From positions 7,758,746-7,796,520 of the forward strand of contig MU054001.1 of assembly GCA_013239625.1 (NCBI GenBank): a stretch of DNA of 37,775 bases, read 5' to 3'. Positions 12,277 through 24,385 of this stretch are shown piece after piece; the first letter of the stretch is position 1; the number at the start of each line of letters is the position of its first letter. Below the pieces are notes generated by a model. That model was not told where the DNA came from. It did no database searches and was given only the letters and a program-made list of their open reading frames with translations. Source of the stretch: Lama guanicoe. Lineage: Eukaryota. The position numbers were made by a program, and so were the translations under genes.

Positions 12277-12757
12277 GGTAATAGAACAGAACAAATCTGA
12301 CTCCATATTAGATCTGTTCCTTTGAATTTAACCCTATGCTCTGTCTCCTAGGCTTCATCTTGCTTGTAAAACAATGTTGCTTAGAGCCTGAAATATACAG
12401 GAGAGCCTATTCTCAAGGCTCTGATCTTTAAGGATATTTAACACTTTTTCATTCATAAAAAGATAACAAATTGCAGAATAAAAAATAACGTTTGTTTAGT
12501 TGGAGGTTTACAGGGATCTGACCCAGGCAGATAGCTGCAAGAACAAAGGATTATAACAAGAAGGATTTCCTACACCAAGAAGTTTGCAACAACCAAGCAC
12601 GTAGGAGAGCCTGAATTGTGACTTGGGGAGATGGCTTTCCAGGACATTATTTTGCCATTTAGGTCTACAGAAACTTGCTATTCCATGCCCCAACACCTGG
12701 TCTCCCAACTTATTGGCTTGCCTTGCACTGAGGAGAATGAATTTGGACTTGGTAACA
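12277..12757 (+). mobile_element. Older ERV1 (MER41-like) LTR
   Basis: Starts gtaatagaacagaacaaatctgactccatattagatctg and ends tttggacttggtaaca, resembling MER41-group LTR ends. No clear TSD. Confidence 0.65.
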
Positions 12758-12794
12758 CTCCTATCTACCTAGAAAGCTGGGCACTGGAGCTGAG

Positions 12795-13194
12795 TGTTAC
12801 GGAAACAGTCCAGCCAAGAAACAAGCACCACTCGGAGTGTTGGAGTACTCAGATTTATTATGCCGGTGGGCTCATAGGGGCTTCTGCTCTGAAGTTCTGA
12901 GCACCTCCAAGACGTTCACATGAGGTTTTAAAGGCTTAATTACAAGTAAGGGGGAATTAGCCAATAAGGCTCAAAGAACAAAAAGCAAGGAATCAGTACA
13001 CTGGAGCTTATCAATTTGTAGCAGATCACATTACTGATTGAGCTTGGATTTACGAGTTAGCTTGTTAGCCCAATAACTGACACTAAATTTCAGATTTACG
13101 AGATAGCCCAGCAGAATTTAGATCAGTAAACTGACACTTATCACACTTAGATTTGTTACTTAGCTTGTTAGTCCAGCTGGACTTTTCCTTCACA
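12795..13194 (-). mobile_element. Solo LTR, family A copy 2
   Basis: Same termini as copy 1; TSD tgag (12791-12794, 13195-13198). Confidence 0.93.
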
Positions 13195-13779
13195 TGAGGA
13201 CAGCTTTCCCACACCCAGGGAACTACTGTAAGTCCTTAATGTTTCCACTAGGGTGGGGTGTGGTTTCCCCAGGAGGGATTGGGACTATGCACCAACACTC
13301 AGGCAGTCTGCTCTGTCTGGGGCTCTGATCTTGTACCACACCGCCAGCCCAACACCTGGGACAGTGGAGCTAAGGCAGAGATCTTGCCTGCCTGTTTCCC
13401 AGCGTGTAAAAGGGGAATATATACTCTTCCCAAGGTAGTTCTGAGCAACAACACCTGCGGGTGCTTGGTTCCCAGAGTAACAGAAAACTCAGTTCCGCGT
13501 GGGGGCAACGGGTGTGATACCTGTAGGGTTTCTGCAGAAGCATCGGATGGAGGGCTGGATCAGGGAGGTAAAAACTTCAGCTGCAGGCCTTGAAGTGTTG
13601 CAAAAAGGTACAGAGGCAAGTCTGCCGCCTCCTTCTCTGTGCCCCAGAGGTAAAGCTTTTTCTCTTCACCTCCGCTTCTCCCCTCCCCTGTGCAGATCCC
13701 TGCCTTCTCTCTGCTCTCCCTGTCCATCTGTCTCCCTCAGCTTTTACCCTCCTCTCAACCTGCTCCCATCTTCTTCCTC

Positions 13780-14420
13780 CCTCGCTGCCCCACCTTCTCT
13801 CTCAGAACAGAGGATCGCTGGCCCTCCTGCGCAAGCGCAGTCGGTGACAGCTGGACCGCTGGTTGGAAGCTCCGTTTCCGAGCCTGGGATCGGCCCCAAA
13901 GGCTTCTCAGCTCTGTCGCCCGTTAGGCCTCTGGCTCCTGCCTGGGGCCTGGGCCTCTGGCTGTGGAAGTGCAAGGTGGGGGGCTCCCGGGAAAGGGGTC
14001 AGGCGGCTGTGGGAGGGCGGTCGGCCTGTCACAGCCCCCCAGGGCGCCATTCAGCCTGTTTTCAGCTGCATTGCTCTGGCCAGACACCTCTGTCCGCGCC
14101 ACCTGCCCCGGAGCCCCATCCACACCTGTCCAGGGCCAGGCTTGCACCTGCCGCCTCTCACCCAGCCGGTCTCCCCTCAGTCCGCGGCTGGCGTCCCCTT
14201 ACCCTCTCCCGCCCCCATGTCCTCTCCTCCTGGGCTTCCTCTCCTAGGCTGCCAGCATGTCCCCACCAATGGGCGGGCTGTGTACAGGGCGGGCCGGGTC
14301 TGCGGACCTGCAAGAGGAAGCTGGGGCTGGGGATGGCCTCCGAGCAGGGCTGCAGCCCGCATTTCCAGTCCCCCAGCTTTCCATGCCCCGCGACCCCGGG
14401 GCTGCCCTGCTCTTCCTTTC
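13780..14420 (+). promoter_or_regulatory. GC/CpG-enriched promoter-like region
   Basis: Locally high GC and CpG. NRF1-like TGCGCAAGCGCA at 13828-13839, CCAAT at 14266-14270, GC boxes GGGCGGG at 14271-14277 and 14287-14293. Confidence 0.55.
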
Positions 14421-14423
14421 CAG

Positions 14424-14572
14424 CTCCCTGAGGACCAGCTCAGTGTCATGGGCACTGCTCCCTTGGCTGAGAGTCTCAGGCTATTACGCCCAGCTTCTCC
14501 TGGTGGAGTCTGGAAAAGGGAGCATCAGTGCTGATCGAGCTTCTGTCTCCTCCCTCAGTGTTTCTGCCCCAG
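14424..14572 (+). other. Candidate non-coding 5' exon (start uncertain)
   Basis: Consensus donor CAG|gtaagt at 14572/14573. Acceptor-like tcttcctttccag ends at 14423, or the exon may begin at a TSS within the GC-rich region. Confidence 0.4.
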
Positions 14573-14967
14573 GTAAGTACCTTGAACACTTTCAGGTGTC
14601 ATGATGGCGGTGTTGATGTCACGTATTTTTATAGTGAGAGGGATTACAGTGTTGAAAGCGGGGCTTGGTTCAGTTAAAAATGAGCTGAAGGCATGAGGCT
14701 GTGACATCCTCCTTCCTTCCCTCTCCCAGAGTGAAACGTGAGACAGTCGATTTTAAAAAGAGAGTTACAGTCCCTAACTAGACCAGCCCAGCTATTGTGT
14801 ATTAACAGGAACCGCACCTCCAGAGGCGTTGGAGATCCAGGGACATTACAATCCTAAAGAGCTCCTGGCACAGTTTGGCTTGTTTTGGTTTCTTGTTTTT
14901 CTTAAATTGTGGGGCAGACAAGTGGTATAAAGGGAAAAATAATTGTCAAGAAATATTTTTTCACATA

Positions 14968-15300
14968 AGAGTTTTATTGTGATATAGTTCACACACCATG
15001 AAGTCCATCCATTTAAATGGTACAATTCAGCAGCTTTTAGCATATTCACATTTGTGCAACCAGTATTATTCCAGAAGGTTTTCATCACTTCAGAAAGACC
15101 AGTGGAAATGAATGACCTATCTACCCCTGCCCAGTGGTGGTTCTAAAGAAGTTTCTTGGCTATTCCTGACCATAAATTAACTTGTTACATTCCATGAAAA
15201 ATCTGGTAGGAATTCTAATCAGAATTGCAATGAATCTGTCTACCAAAACTGGAAGAATAAATGTTTTTATGGCATAAACTTCTTCTACCCATGAATATAT
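14968..15300 (-). mobile_element. L1MB-like 3' end plus adjacent L1M fragment
   Basis: ttttattgtgatatagttcacacaccatgaagtccatccatttaaatggtacaattcag; aatctggtaggaattctaatcagaattgcaatgaatctg. Confidence 0.65.
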
Positions 15301-15579
15301 CTGGGACCCTATCTTTTCATCTGTCCAGAGCCTGGCCTATGGGGAGTCCTCACTACTTTTGGGCTTGTGAATGATGAGATTCTATACATCGTTAGTTGTA
15401 ACTGTAGCCTTTCACAGAAGAGAAAAGTAACCTCAGTGAAGCCAAGTGACTCTCTCATGGTTAGAAAGAGTGACAGCCAGTGCTGGAGTGATCCAGTGGA
15501 CTTGGTGCTTGCAACCAGAATTCACCACCTACAGCTAAGGGGATTTGAGAGTTCTTTTATTTTTTCTTATTGGCGTTGC

Positions 15580-15866
15580 TTTTATTTTTACTTATTTTTT
15601 TAAATTATTTTTTATTGAAGTGTAGTCAATTTACAATGTTAATTTCAGATGTACAGCAGAGATTCAGTTATAAACATATGTATATGTATGTACATAAGTT
15701 TTAGATTGTTTTTAGCACCTCTCATTACAAGAAATTGAATTTAGTCCCCTGTGCTATATAGTAGGTCCTTGTCATTTATTTTATATTTATTAATATTTAT
15801 CTGTTAATTTTCCCTTTCCTGCCTGCTAACCACAGTTTGCTTTCTATGACCATGAGTCCATTTCTA
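15580..15866 (-). mobile_element. L1 3' UTR fragment
   Basis: T-rich tail, then tattgaagtgtagtcaatttacaatgtt...ccctgtgctatatagtaggtcctt. Similar to the 3' UTR of the L1 at 4700. Confidence 0.8.
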
Positions 15867-16619
15867 GTAGCACAGTTTTTCCTAGTAATATATGCTCTTT
15901 GGCTTCTTTCAGTTTCAGTAATTCCATCTTATGTGTTGGCACTTTTCTTCTGGTGGCCTTATGTGGTTTGCCCATGTGGTAATACAGATCTGTATTTGGG
16001 AGAACTCCAGGCGTCGTGTAGTTCCTGGTACAGAGTGTCCACTGAGTTGATGCTTGAACTGGGAACAAAGCACAGTAAATGTTGGAATTTCCACTATGGT
16101 TGAGAATTCTAGGTTTCTATAACCTGTTTAATCCCACCTTAATATTGGCTGCACCCATACAGTGTAATTTGGTTGAATTTCATGTTATGGTGGTGTAGAG
16201 ACAGGGCCTTGTATGTTTCTTCTCTTTCCTTTTTCTAACACTCATTCCCCTAGGCCTCCCTGATCCTCCCCCAGAAGTGCCCAGGGCTGGCTTGGTGCTG
16301 CACTGAGGCAATATTTTTTAATAAGGCCCTTTCCTCATCTCTTCTGAGCCTCCGTTTCTTTCTCTGCACAATGAAGGCTTAGACTAGATAAGTGCTTCTC
16401 AGTTTCTTTTAAAGCCATGTTTCCTTTGAGAAACAGAAAATGCATATCTCTCCTCTCAACCCAACCCTTTAGATTTTGATAAGTCCACCAAAGAGTGAAA
16501 TTGCTCATTGTGGAAAACTGATGTGATTGTGATTCTAGGTGGCACAGAAAACACTCTACAGAAATTGATTTCAGGGAGAGGGCAGGAGAGAGGCAGCATG
16601 TCACACTTTCTAGTGTGAG

Positions 16620-16770
16620 CACTGGATCAGGGGCTTGGGTTTAAATACGGTGTCTGACGTGGCATCTTTCTAATCTTGTACAATTTGATAAAATTCTCTA
16701 CCTCATTTTCTTGATGTGTCAAGTTGGGGTGATAATATTTTAGGGCTTTTGTGAAACATTATACACATAA
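16620..16770 (+). mobile_element. MIR SINE
   Basis: tgggtttaaat...cctcattttcttgatgtgtcaagttggggtgataata...gggcttttgtgaa. Confidence 0.5.
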
Positions 16771-17375
16771 TCCATTTGTGTCTCAGTAGAAACTAGACCT
16801 GCTAGGGATTCAGGGACTTGTTTAAAAAAAAAATCTTGTCATAGCACTCTGTGTGTATTTTGATGTTCCTGGAGGGTGAAGGTTGAGTCTAAAATCCATC
16901 ATGGTACAGGTGGCCAATAGTTCTCTGTGCACCAGATTGCACCCTCCTCCCCAGTCCTCTTCCTCTCAGTCCAGGATGAAGTTTCCTAGTAGATATACAC
17001 AGAGGCCTTGTGAAAATGGCTTTTCACTTTATTGCTTCAGCAAGAAGGGCTGCCATCATGATCTCTGTGGTCAGATTTTGGTGACCTGAAGTCTATGCAA
17101 TTGGGGGTTTCTATTTAATAAAAAGAAAAAAATTACAAGTACAAAATAAGGCCTAGGGTGGTGACAGGGCACTTGGAAGTGGGGACCATTAGCTTTGTCA
17201 GCTTCAGGTGCAGTGGCCTATGGCCACCAGGACCCATCCTCGTGCTCTGAAGTTGGAGGAACCAGTGGGTTCAGTGGGAATATTTGCTGAGTGTATTTCA
17301 TGGGCTGGGCATTGTCCTATTTGTACTGTGTGTTCCGTATTTAAGAGAGTGAGATCATGTAACCTCAATAGCCTC

Positions 17376-17520
17376 TTTAAAAATTACACTTTTTATTTTG
17401 AGATGTAATGTAGATTTCCATGTAGTCATAAGAGATAATATGGAGAGGGCCTATGGACACTTTGCCTAGTTTTCCTTAATGGTTCCATCTTGCAAAGTCG
17501 GGGTACAATTAATTACTGAC
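17376..17520 (-). mobile_element. L1MC-like 3' end fragment
   Basis: ttttattttgagatgtaatgtagatttccatgtagtcataagagataatatggagagg...catcttgcaaa. Confidence 0.6.
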
Positions 17521-18077
17521 ACACTAACAGTTTGAGGTTTATGTTATTGCCCTCATTTCCATTCATGATTAAGCTGGGGCTTAGAGAAGCACACAGGCCT
17601 GCCCAGGTCACCCACATGTTTAGTGCAGAGTCGGGAGGAATGTGGGATTGGTATTCCCAGGCAGTACCATTATGATGGTCTGTGGCAGGGAGCAGCATTC
17701 AATTTTCTTGTTTATTCATTCATTCAAGAAACATTTATTGAGTAACCTCTGTGGATCAGATGCTTTCATAAGGTTATCTGATTCTTCAGCAGTACTGAGA
17801 ATCAGGTAATATTTTCTTTTTTTTAATCTGATTAAATTACCTCTGAGAAGTTATAACCCCCAACAAAGGAAATATAGCTCATAAAGGAGAGATAGTAAAT
17901 TTGTACAGACCCCCTTTTTGTGTAGGTGGTACCCTGGGCATTTTACATTTGCAAACTTCCGTCATCCAGATATATTCTGGTAAGGAAAGAATTTTTTTTA
18001 TTTTTTAACTTAAGTATAGTCAAGTTTACAATGTTGTGTCAATTGCAAAGTGATTTTCAATTTTGAATAAAACAATA

Positions 18078-18203
18078 TTTTTTGAGGAGGGTAATTAGGT
18101 TTCTATATTTGTTTCATTTTTTAAAATGAGGTACTGGTGTTTGAACCCAGGGCCTCGTACATGCTAAGCCGTGCTCTACCAGTGAACTGTACCTTCCTCC
18201 CCA
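18078..18203 (-). mobile_element. tRNA-derived camelid-type SINE
   Basis: gagggtaattaggttt...gaggtactggtgtttgaacccagggcctcgtacatgctaagccgtgctctaccagtgaactgtaccttcctcccc. Confidence 0.85.
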
Positions 18204-18634
18204 AGGCAAGTTTTCTTATCGCTTATTCTGCAGCTTAGGAGTTCAAATGAATTGGAGTTGAAATCCAGATCTTTTGATCCCACTGTGTTCCTTTTCTTTA
18301 TATTCTGCTGAAGGGGTTTGGGGGAAGCAGTTCCTTTGTTCATTTCTTCATTCAGCATTTTTGAGCAGTGACTTTGCATCAGGGCCTGGCTAGGTGTTTC
18401 GAAACAGAAAACAAGAAATGACCCTTCTCTGCAGGGTCAGGAAGCCTAGACCAAAAGCTGGGTAATGTGATCCGAGCTACGGTAGCCATGTGAAGACTCT
18501 GAGGACAAACTGTACCCCCAGCTTTCCTTGGGCTTCCCTTGCCTTCTGGCTGGTACACACCAGGTCACCGCAACCCAGATGGCCCACAGCCCACAGCAGA
18601 GTACGTATCTCAATCTCCTCTCCCCTCTCAGCAG

Positions 18635-19201
18635 GGCCTGCAACATGAGCATCCCTGACTCTGTGCAGTGTGCTGAGGACCACCAGACTCTTCCCGTTGT
18701 GGTCTAAACCATGAGGATCATCTGAGAGAATTTCTTTTGCATCTATAAGCGAATCTCCTTGGTGAGCCAGATCAGCCTGTGCGGCTCCCAGTGGGCACCC
18801 TGTATCCACTACAGGCACCACTATGCACCCGAGAATGCGTGGAGTGGCTTCCAGACCCACCGCAAGGTCGTGGGCCTTGTCACCATTAGCGACTGCCTCT
18901 TGGCCAAGACCTTCTAGAAGCTCCACATGCAGAGGAGCTGTATGGCACCACGTTTAATGAATCTCAGCTTTTTGTGTTTGTGCTACATGGGGAGGTAGCC
19001 GAGCAGCCGTGCACCGACGTATCCTTCAATCTACAAGGACTGCAGGGCCGTGCAGAAGAGGATCGAGGAATTCACTGAGTTATTCTTCATCTTGCCCAAG
19101 TCCAAGTGGCTGGATGGGGCCCCCAAGAATTCTGGGGACAAGATCCCCCACCTCTGCATCCAATTAGAGGAGGACTTCATGGGACTGGAAACAGACAGCA
19201 G
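18635..19201 (+). pseudogene. TRAPPC9: Degenerate copy of the first coding exon of TRAPPC9 (NIBP, TRAPPII subunit Trs120), non-processed pseudogene
   Basis: From ATG 18645: [93 protein letters not shown](fs)[31 protein letters not shown](fs)[56 protein letters not shown]. This is colinear with the recalled human N-terminus [20 protein letters not shown]...[16 protein letters not shown]...[25 protein letters not shown]. Stops at 18705, 18723 and 18915; frameshifts near 18933 and 19028. Acceptor ctcctctcccctctcagcag| and donor AG|gtaagt at 19201/19202. Confidence 0.93.
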
Positions 19202-19436
19202 GTAAGTTTACCTGGAGGCCAGTCCATCCTGGCTGTGTGCCGGTTTTCTTCCCTACGTCCAGAAAGTGATCAGCAAGTAAGAGGGCTGTCTTGTAACCAA
19301 GTTGGGAGGGAGGTGTAGCCCGCAGGTTTACACACAATTCAAAGTGAATCTGCCTTTGTTTCAGAGAAATCCTTTCTGGGTTAGTGTGTACACTTACTTC
19401 CGCTTTTCAGCCAGGACCATGTTGGGACCCCTGGAG

Positions 19437-19765
19437 TTACTGTTCAATAGATTAGCCACAGCCAGTGATGCTAGGAGCGCTGGGGAGGAGGCTGCTCTGA
19501 GCTGAGATGTACTGTAGGTCAAATGCACATCAGACCCTGAGGCTTGTCTAGTAAAAGAATGTAAAATATCTTGTTACTTCCTATATTGATTACATGTCAA
19601 AATGATAGTATTTTACATACAGTAGTTTCAGTAAGGTCTGTTCTTAAAATCAATTTCTAGTATTTGTTTTTTGTTTGTTGGTTTGTTTCTTTGTTTACTG
19701 TTTTAAATATGGCAACTAGGAAACTTTCTTTCATGGCTCTCATTTCATTTCTGTTGGGCAGCCTG
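19437..19765. mobile_element. MER33-like hAT-Charlie DNA transposon
   Basis: tgagatgtactgtaggtcaaatgcacatcag...aaagaatgtaaaatatc...tatattgattacatgtcaaaatgatagtatttt...catttctgttgggcagc. Confidence 0.75.
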
Positions 19766-22700
19766 ACCTGGGACAGTCTCATCCCTTTGCTTATAGATGA
19801 GATGCTGAATCCCGAGAGGCAGAACGAGGCGCTGGTTGAGCTGGGGTTGGAGCCAGTGTCTCCTGCCTCCCAGGCCCAGCACCTTCACAACTCAGGCCCT
19901 CTCCCCGCCTGACAACCGCCATGCCAAGTTCGGACATCAGAAACACCGCCAGGGGCTTTCGAATGAGTTCCATAGTCAGGGAAATGTTTGTCACGGAGTA
20001 TGTGACAGAGCAGGAAAAGAATCGTCCTCACTGTCTCCCTCTGATTAGGTCAACGGCCCCACTTTGCCTTGGAAGTGCATGCAAGCTCTTCTGGGCTGCC
20101 TAACCCATCACCCTCTGCTCTGATTCCCCCTGTATGTATCATGCTATCCCTCTGGCAGAAGAGTGTGAGATGCCTTTGCCGAGAGGTGGTCCCCGTTTGC
20201 TGGGGAGAGTGAGGGAAGCTGTGCCCCCCGGCCTGCGGCCTCGGGCCTTGAGTCTGGGCAGCGCTCATGGCGGTCCCACAGGTCACGGTCGGAGGACCTG
20301 GTACGTGTTGTCGGGCCCGCTGTGGAGACGGTGCTCTGTGATTCTTGAGCTTACCTATGATCAGACCCTACTTTCTGGTTGTTGGTAAGTTGGAGGAAAA
20401 GATGCTAGAGAATTGATAAAAAGAATGTTCAGACCTGCTCTGTGAGTGAGAGGCACAGGGGACCCAAGTCCCACCTTCGAGAGCCCACCTAGCAGGCTCT
20501 GGATGAATTTTCTGTTCCTCCCGGATATAACTCTTTGGCTTAAGGAATGGGCAAGGCATTTCGTGGCCATGATCTGTACTTGTCCTCACAGGGCCCAGTG
20601 ATCTGCATGCCCGCACTCCCCTTCTGCTTCTTGGAAATGAGCTGTCATGTTTATGAGCCTGGACACTGCTGAGGGCATAGCGGCCAGCACTGTGCTACAC
20701 CGAGTCTGGCTCCGTTCACCTCACATGTCACTTCCTGCCGAGGCCCCAGGCTTTAGTCAAGGTAGGTGCATCAGTGCAATGTAAGCAGGTACCACCTTCT
20801 CTCCCTGGACAGACTGGCGGGTGAGCAGTGTAAGCCTGGAGACCTGCCCCAACCCGCAGGCCAGTGCCTCCTCTTTTGTCATACGAGGCATTGGTGACAT
20901 TTTTGCTCAGTAACTACTTGGCTCTGAGTCTGCAGACCCACCAGAGAATGCCAGCTTGTTTTCTTTCCTTTGGAAGTCTGTCCTTGTTATTTGGTGGAAT
21001 AGCTTTGCGGAGGATGTGTGCTTAGCCCATAGTGATTGACACTGTCACCATTGTTTACCCAGAATCTCGTGTACAAAGCATGGCTCCCCGCATCAAAATA
21101 CAGAGGCACATTAAACCTCCTTCCTTGTGGGTCTGTCTGTTCTTGTACCATAAGGGCTCAGCCAGCTTCTTAACGTCAGTGAGATAAAGCGACCGGTGAG
21201 CTCGGGTCAAGCACATTCTCCTCCAATCTCTTTTCCTCCATTGTTGCTTTTAATATTCCACAGTCATTAATTTTTTAAACAATGCTTTGGTGCAGGTGCA
21301 GAGCCTAATTCTCTCCTGAACTCTTGGTGGAAGTGAGTAAAACTGTCTAGCCTGAAATGCGACCACAATTTGTAGCTCAAAAGTTGCCTAGACCCATGTA
21401 GGTGGAGTTTTGGTTAGGGGCGCTGACCACGTTGGGGTCCCCCGGCAGCACCGCTCCCCTCAGGCCCCTGCCTTCCCTGGATCTGGAGGTGAGGGTGGGA
21501 CTCACCTTCCCTGCGTCCTTGGCCTCACACACTCACGAAAATTCTTGTACACGCTGTCAAAATCATTTTTGTTCTTGTGTATTTCTAATTTTCTCTTGTT
21601 CCTCTTTTCCTTTCTCTTTATTCATTTTTCTCTTTTACTGCCCAGTGAGCTTGTTGTTCCATCTGAAAAGGTGGGCTGTTCACACCCTGCACTGGAAATA
21701 GCCAGATTGCCCTCTGTACTGTCTCCATGTCTTTAAAAAGCAAAAACTTCATAGCTGCCTTGATCCATGTATTATCCTAGTCATCTTTTTATTTTCTAAT
21801 TTTTGGAATATTTGCTTTGTTAGCCCATCATCCACTGGAGTTTGATACCTGTTAAAATCCTTGCTTTGAGGAACCTGTTTGGTCCTCCATATATTTGGTG
21901 ACAATTGCACCCTTATTAAATTAGTTTGAGTTTTTTGAAGAAGTGAGATGCGAATTGATTTAGGCGGCTGCTGAGGGATTCTTTTCATGGAGTATTTAAA
22001 CTTGCAATGTCAGATTCTGCAGCATCTTGCTCGATTCCTGCTTTTACACAAACGTGCTCGGCACGCAGTTCCTGGCTGTCGCTGTGTGACGTGCGTGATG
22101 GCACTTCCTGGCCTGTGGTCACTGGTGAGAAAGTGGCAAGCACGTGTGTGGGCAGCTGCAGGGGACTCTGTTGGAGGAAGCAGTCACCGTTTTGTTATTT
22201 AATTTTTTTTTTTTTGCATTCAACTTCCCCGTGCCATTTACCTTACTTTGCCTTTATAAAGGGGCAGAAGTGGGTCTAAGATCCATGCCACTCTTTTGTT
22301 CCCTTTACGAGGCTGGTTCTTCTATCAGGAATTCATGGCCTTCTCGTAAGTAGCTGGCTCACCTGGATCTGGTGGACACAGGGACTGCTTAAGGGGACCG
22401 TAGCTTCCTCTCTGCTTCAGCCAGTGGGCATTCAGAGCCGGGTCTGTGGTTTTCCTCAGCAGCCGTGCAGGCCTCCCTGCCCCGGCCTTTATTTTAACCC
22501 ATGTTGGCAGTTAATAGCTGACTCCGTGTCTGTTGCAGCTGACGTCCACCACTGACGGACTTGTCGTTAGTTTGCGGTAGTGAGTCTCAAACACCCCAGT
22601 CAACCGTGAAGGAAAATGCTTTGGCTGACCTAGGACCTTGGATTCTCACCCCTACCCTGGTTCATCTCACCCGGGGGAAGGGTTTTGCCACCACCATCAT

Positions 22701-23289
22701 GCTGTCCCTGAGGCCTTGTTTCTCCTTTCATGCTCTGGTCCAAATGTGGACACTTCATTTTTCACTGAATTTGTCTCGCTTGAGACATGTCAGAATATCT
22801 GAATGAGTCCATCACCTTCTGGGTGGGGAACAGAACAGAAGTAACTGTTGCAAGTAGATGGAGTCTAGGCTGTCCGGATTGGCAAATGCAGGCTGGGATC
22901 TGTGATGGCCGGGCTGTGCCCTGGACACAGGCCTTTCCCATAGATTGAGAACTTCCTGGGATCCTCCATCCTCACCTGCTCACTGGCAAGTGTGTCTACT
23001 AATTAGGAGCTCCCCCAGACCTCGGGCCCTTCAAAACTCAGACCACGGGAGAACCTTGAGTCCCTTCTCCTGGGCCCCCTTTGTGTAAATCCAGTGCCAT
23101 CTGAGGTGACCCGTGCCAGAAGATGTCTCCCCCTCCAGGGAGCACCCTACGGAGGACTGTTAGTCAGTGCACCATGCTGTGAGCTTGTGGGGTTACGGCC
23201 ATAGTCGCTGCAGAACCAGACTTGAGATGGGCTTAACGATGGAAAAAATAGGAGTGATTCAAGGGCAGGGATTGGGTGAGGGAACAGTG

Positions 23290-23560
23290 GAAATTGAATG
23301 TGACCTCAAACACACAGGTGGGTGCTGAGGCTGTTACTAAAATGGGGAGCCTGGGAGGTACCTGCCAGGAATCGAATTCCAGAGTAAATTTGGACATTTG
23401 GCATTTTTAAGATGCCATTTTTCATCCACGTTAGGACTTCAAAGAGGCACTCGTGTCTATGACCATGGGGCTCAAATGAAAGAGCCAGACTGGATATACA
23501 CGTTGGGAGTCGTCATTCTTAGCTGGTGTTCACAGCCTTGCATGTGAATTTGATCAACTC
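23290..23560 (-). mobile_element. L2 LINE fragment
   Basis: tttggacatttggcatttttaagatgcc...ggggctcaaatgaaagagccagactggatatacacgttgggagtcgtca. Confidence 0.6.
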
Positions 23561-24224
23561 GAGAGGTTCAGACTTAGGCTTGTGGGGGCAGGGCTGGGCC
23601 TGTGTTTGAGGAAAGCCCAGACCATGCAACTTTGGTGTGTCCGTCAGCGGCATTTGCTTTTTCACACTAATGCCATTTATCTTTAAGGGGCCGGGTGGTG
23701 GGCAGGGCTAGCCTGGAAGAAATCTGAAGGGAGGTTCGTGGCCCCGTGTGTGTCTTGGGAAGATGCAGAGTCTGCACGGTCTGGGAGGTTAGACTCCTCA
23801 GAAGCTGGAGTTGGAGTGGGGAGTGGGGAGATGGTAGTCACACTCACCTGTGAGGGAGGGGAGGGGTCCTTGGAAGTCCCCACCCTACCAGAGTCACTTT
23901 CCCATGAACAGTAGGCAATTATACAGATTTTCTGAGGTAAGAAGGGATGGGTAATGAGAGGGGAGACAACTTGGGGAATGTTGCTTGGAAATTTCTGGAA
24001 TAGTCTCCCTGAAAAATAGATTTAAATATACCCAGACTCTTAAGAACATTGATAGTGACTGGGGAGGAGGCAGTTATTTTTCTGACCTCCTAAGGGTAAG
24101 GCATGTATCCGGGGATACACAGAAGATACGGGCAGTCTGTTTTGGCGGCTTGATCCTTACTGGGGGAACAGTGCAAGTTTAAAGGGGAAGAAGGGCAGCG
24201 GAGGGAAACTAGCCAGGCCCCGTG

Positions 24225-24385
24225 TCAGGTACCAGTCGGCCGCCCTACTTGCGTGTTGCATTCTCATTCATGCCTCCCAGGTGGGCGGTGGCAGCCCTGT
24301 TTTGCAGATTGGGAAGCCTTCTCAGAGGGGTTAAGGAATTGGTCAGTTTAGTGGCTAGTAAATGCTGTAGCAGGATTCAAGCATA
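24225..24385 (-). mobile_element. MIR SINE
   Basis: cctgttttgcagattgggaagc...ctcagaggggttaaggaattg...ctagtaaatg...caggattcaa. Confidence 0.6.

Noticed and set aside
3109..13194. LTR copies 1 and 2 as the two ends of a ~10-kb provirus
   Set aside because: Each LTR has its own TSD, and the interior holds L1, MIR and host sequence with no gag, pol or env.
13499..14604. 310-aa, 223-aa and other overlapping ORFs
   Set aside because: Pro/Ser/Gly-rich, open in several frames because of high GC, mostly non-ATG starts, no recognisable domain.
18477..18926. 149-aa minus-strand ORF
   Set aside because: Antisense shadow of the TRAPPC9-like coding sequence.
18635..19201. Processed retrocopy or functional TRAPPC9 gene
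   Set aside because: Splice sites and a separate downstream exon exclude a retrocopy; three stops and two frameshifts exclude an intact gene.
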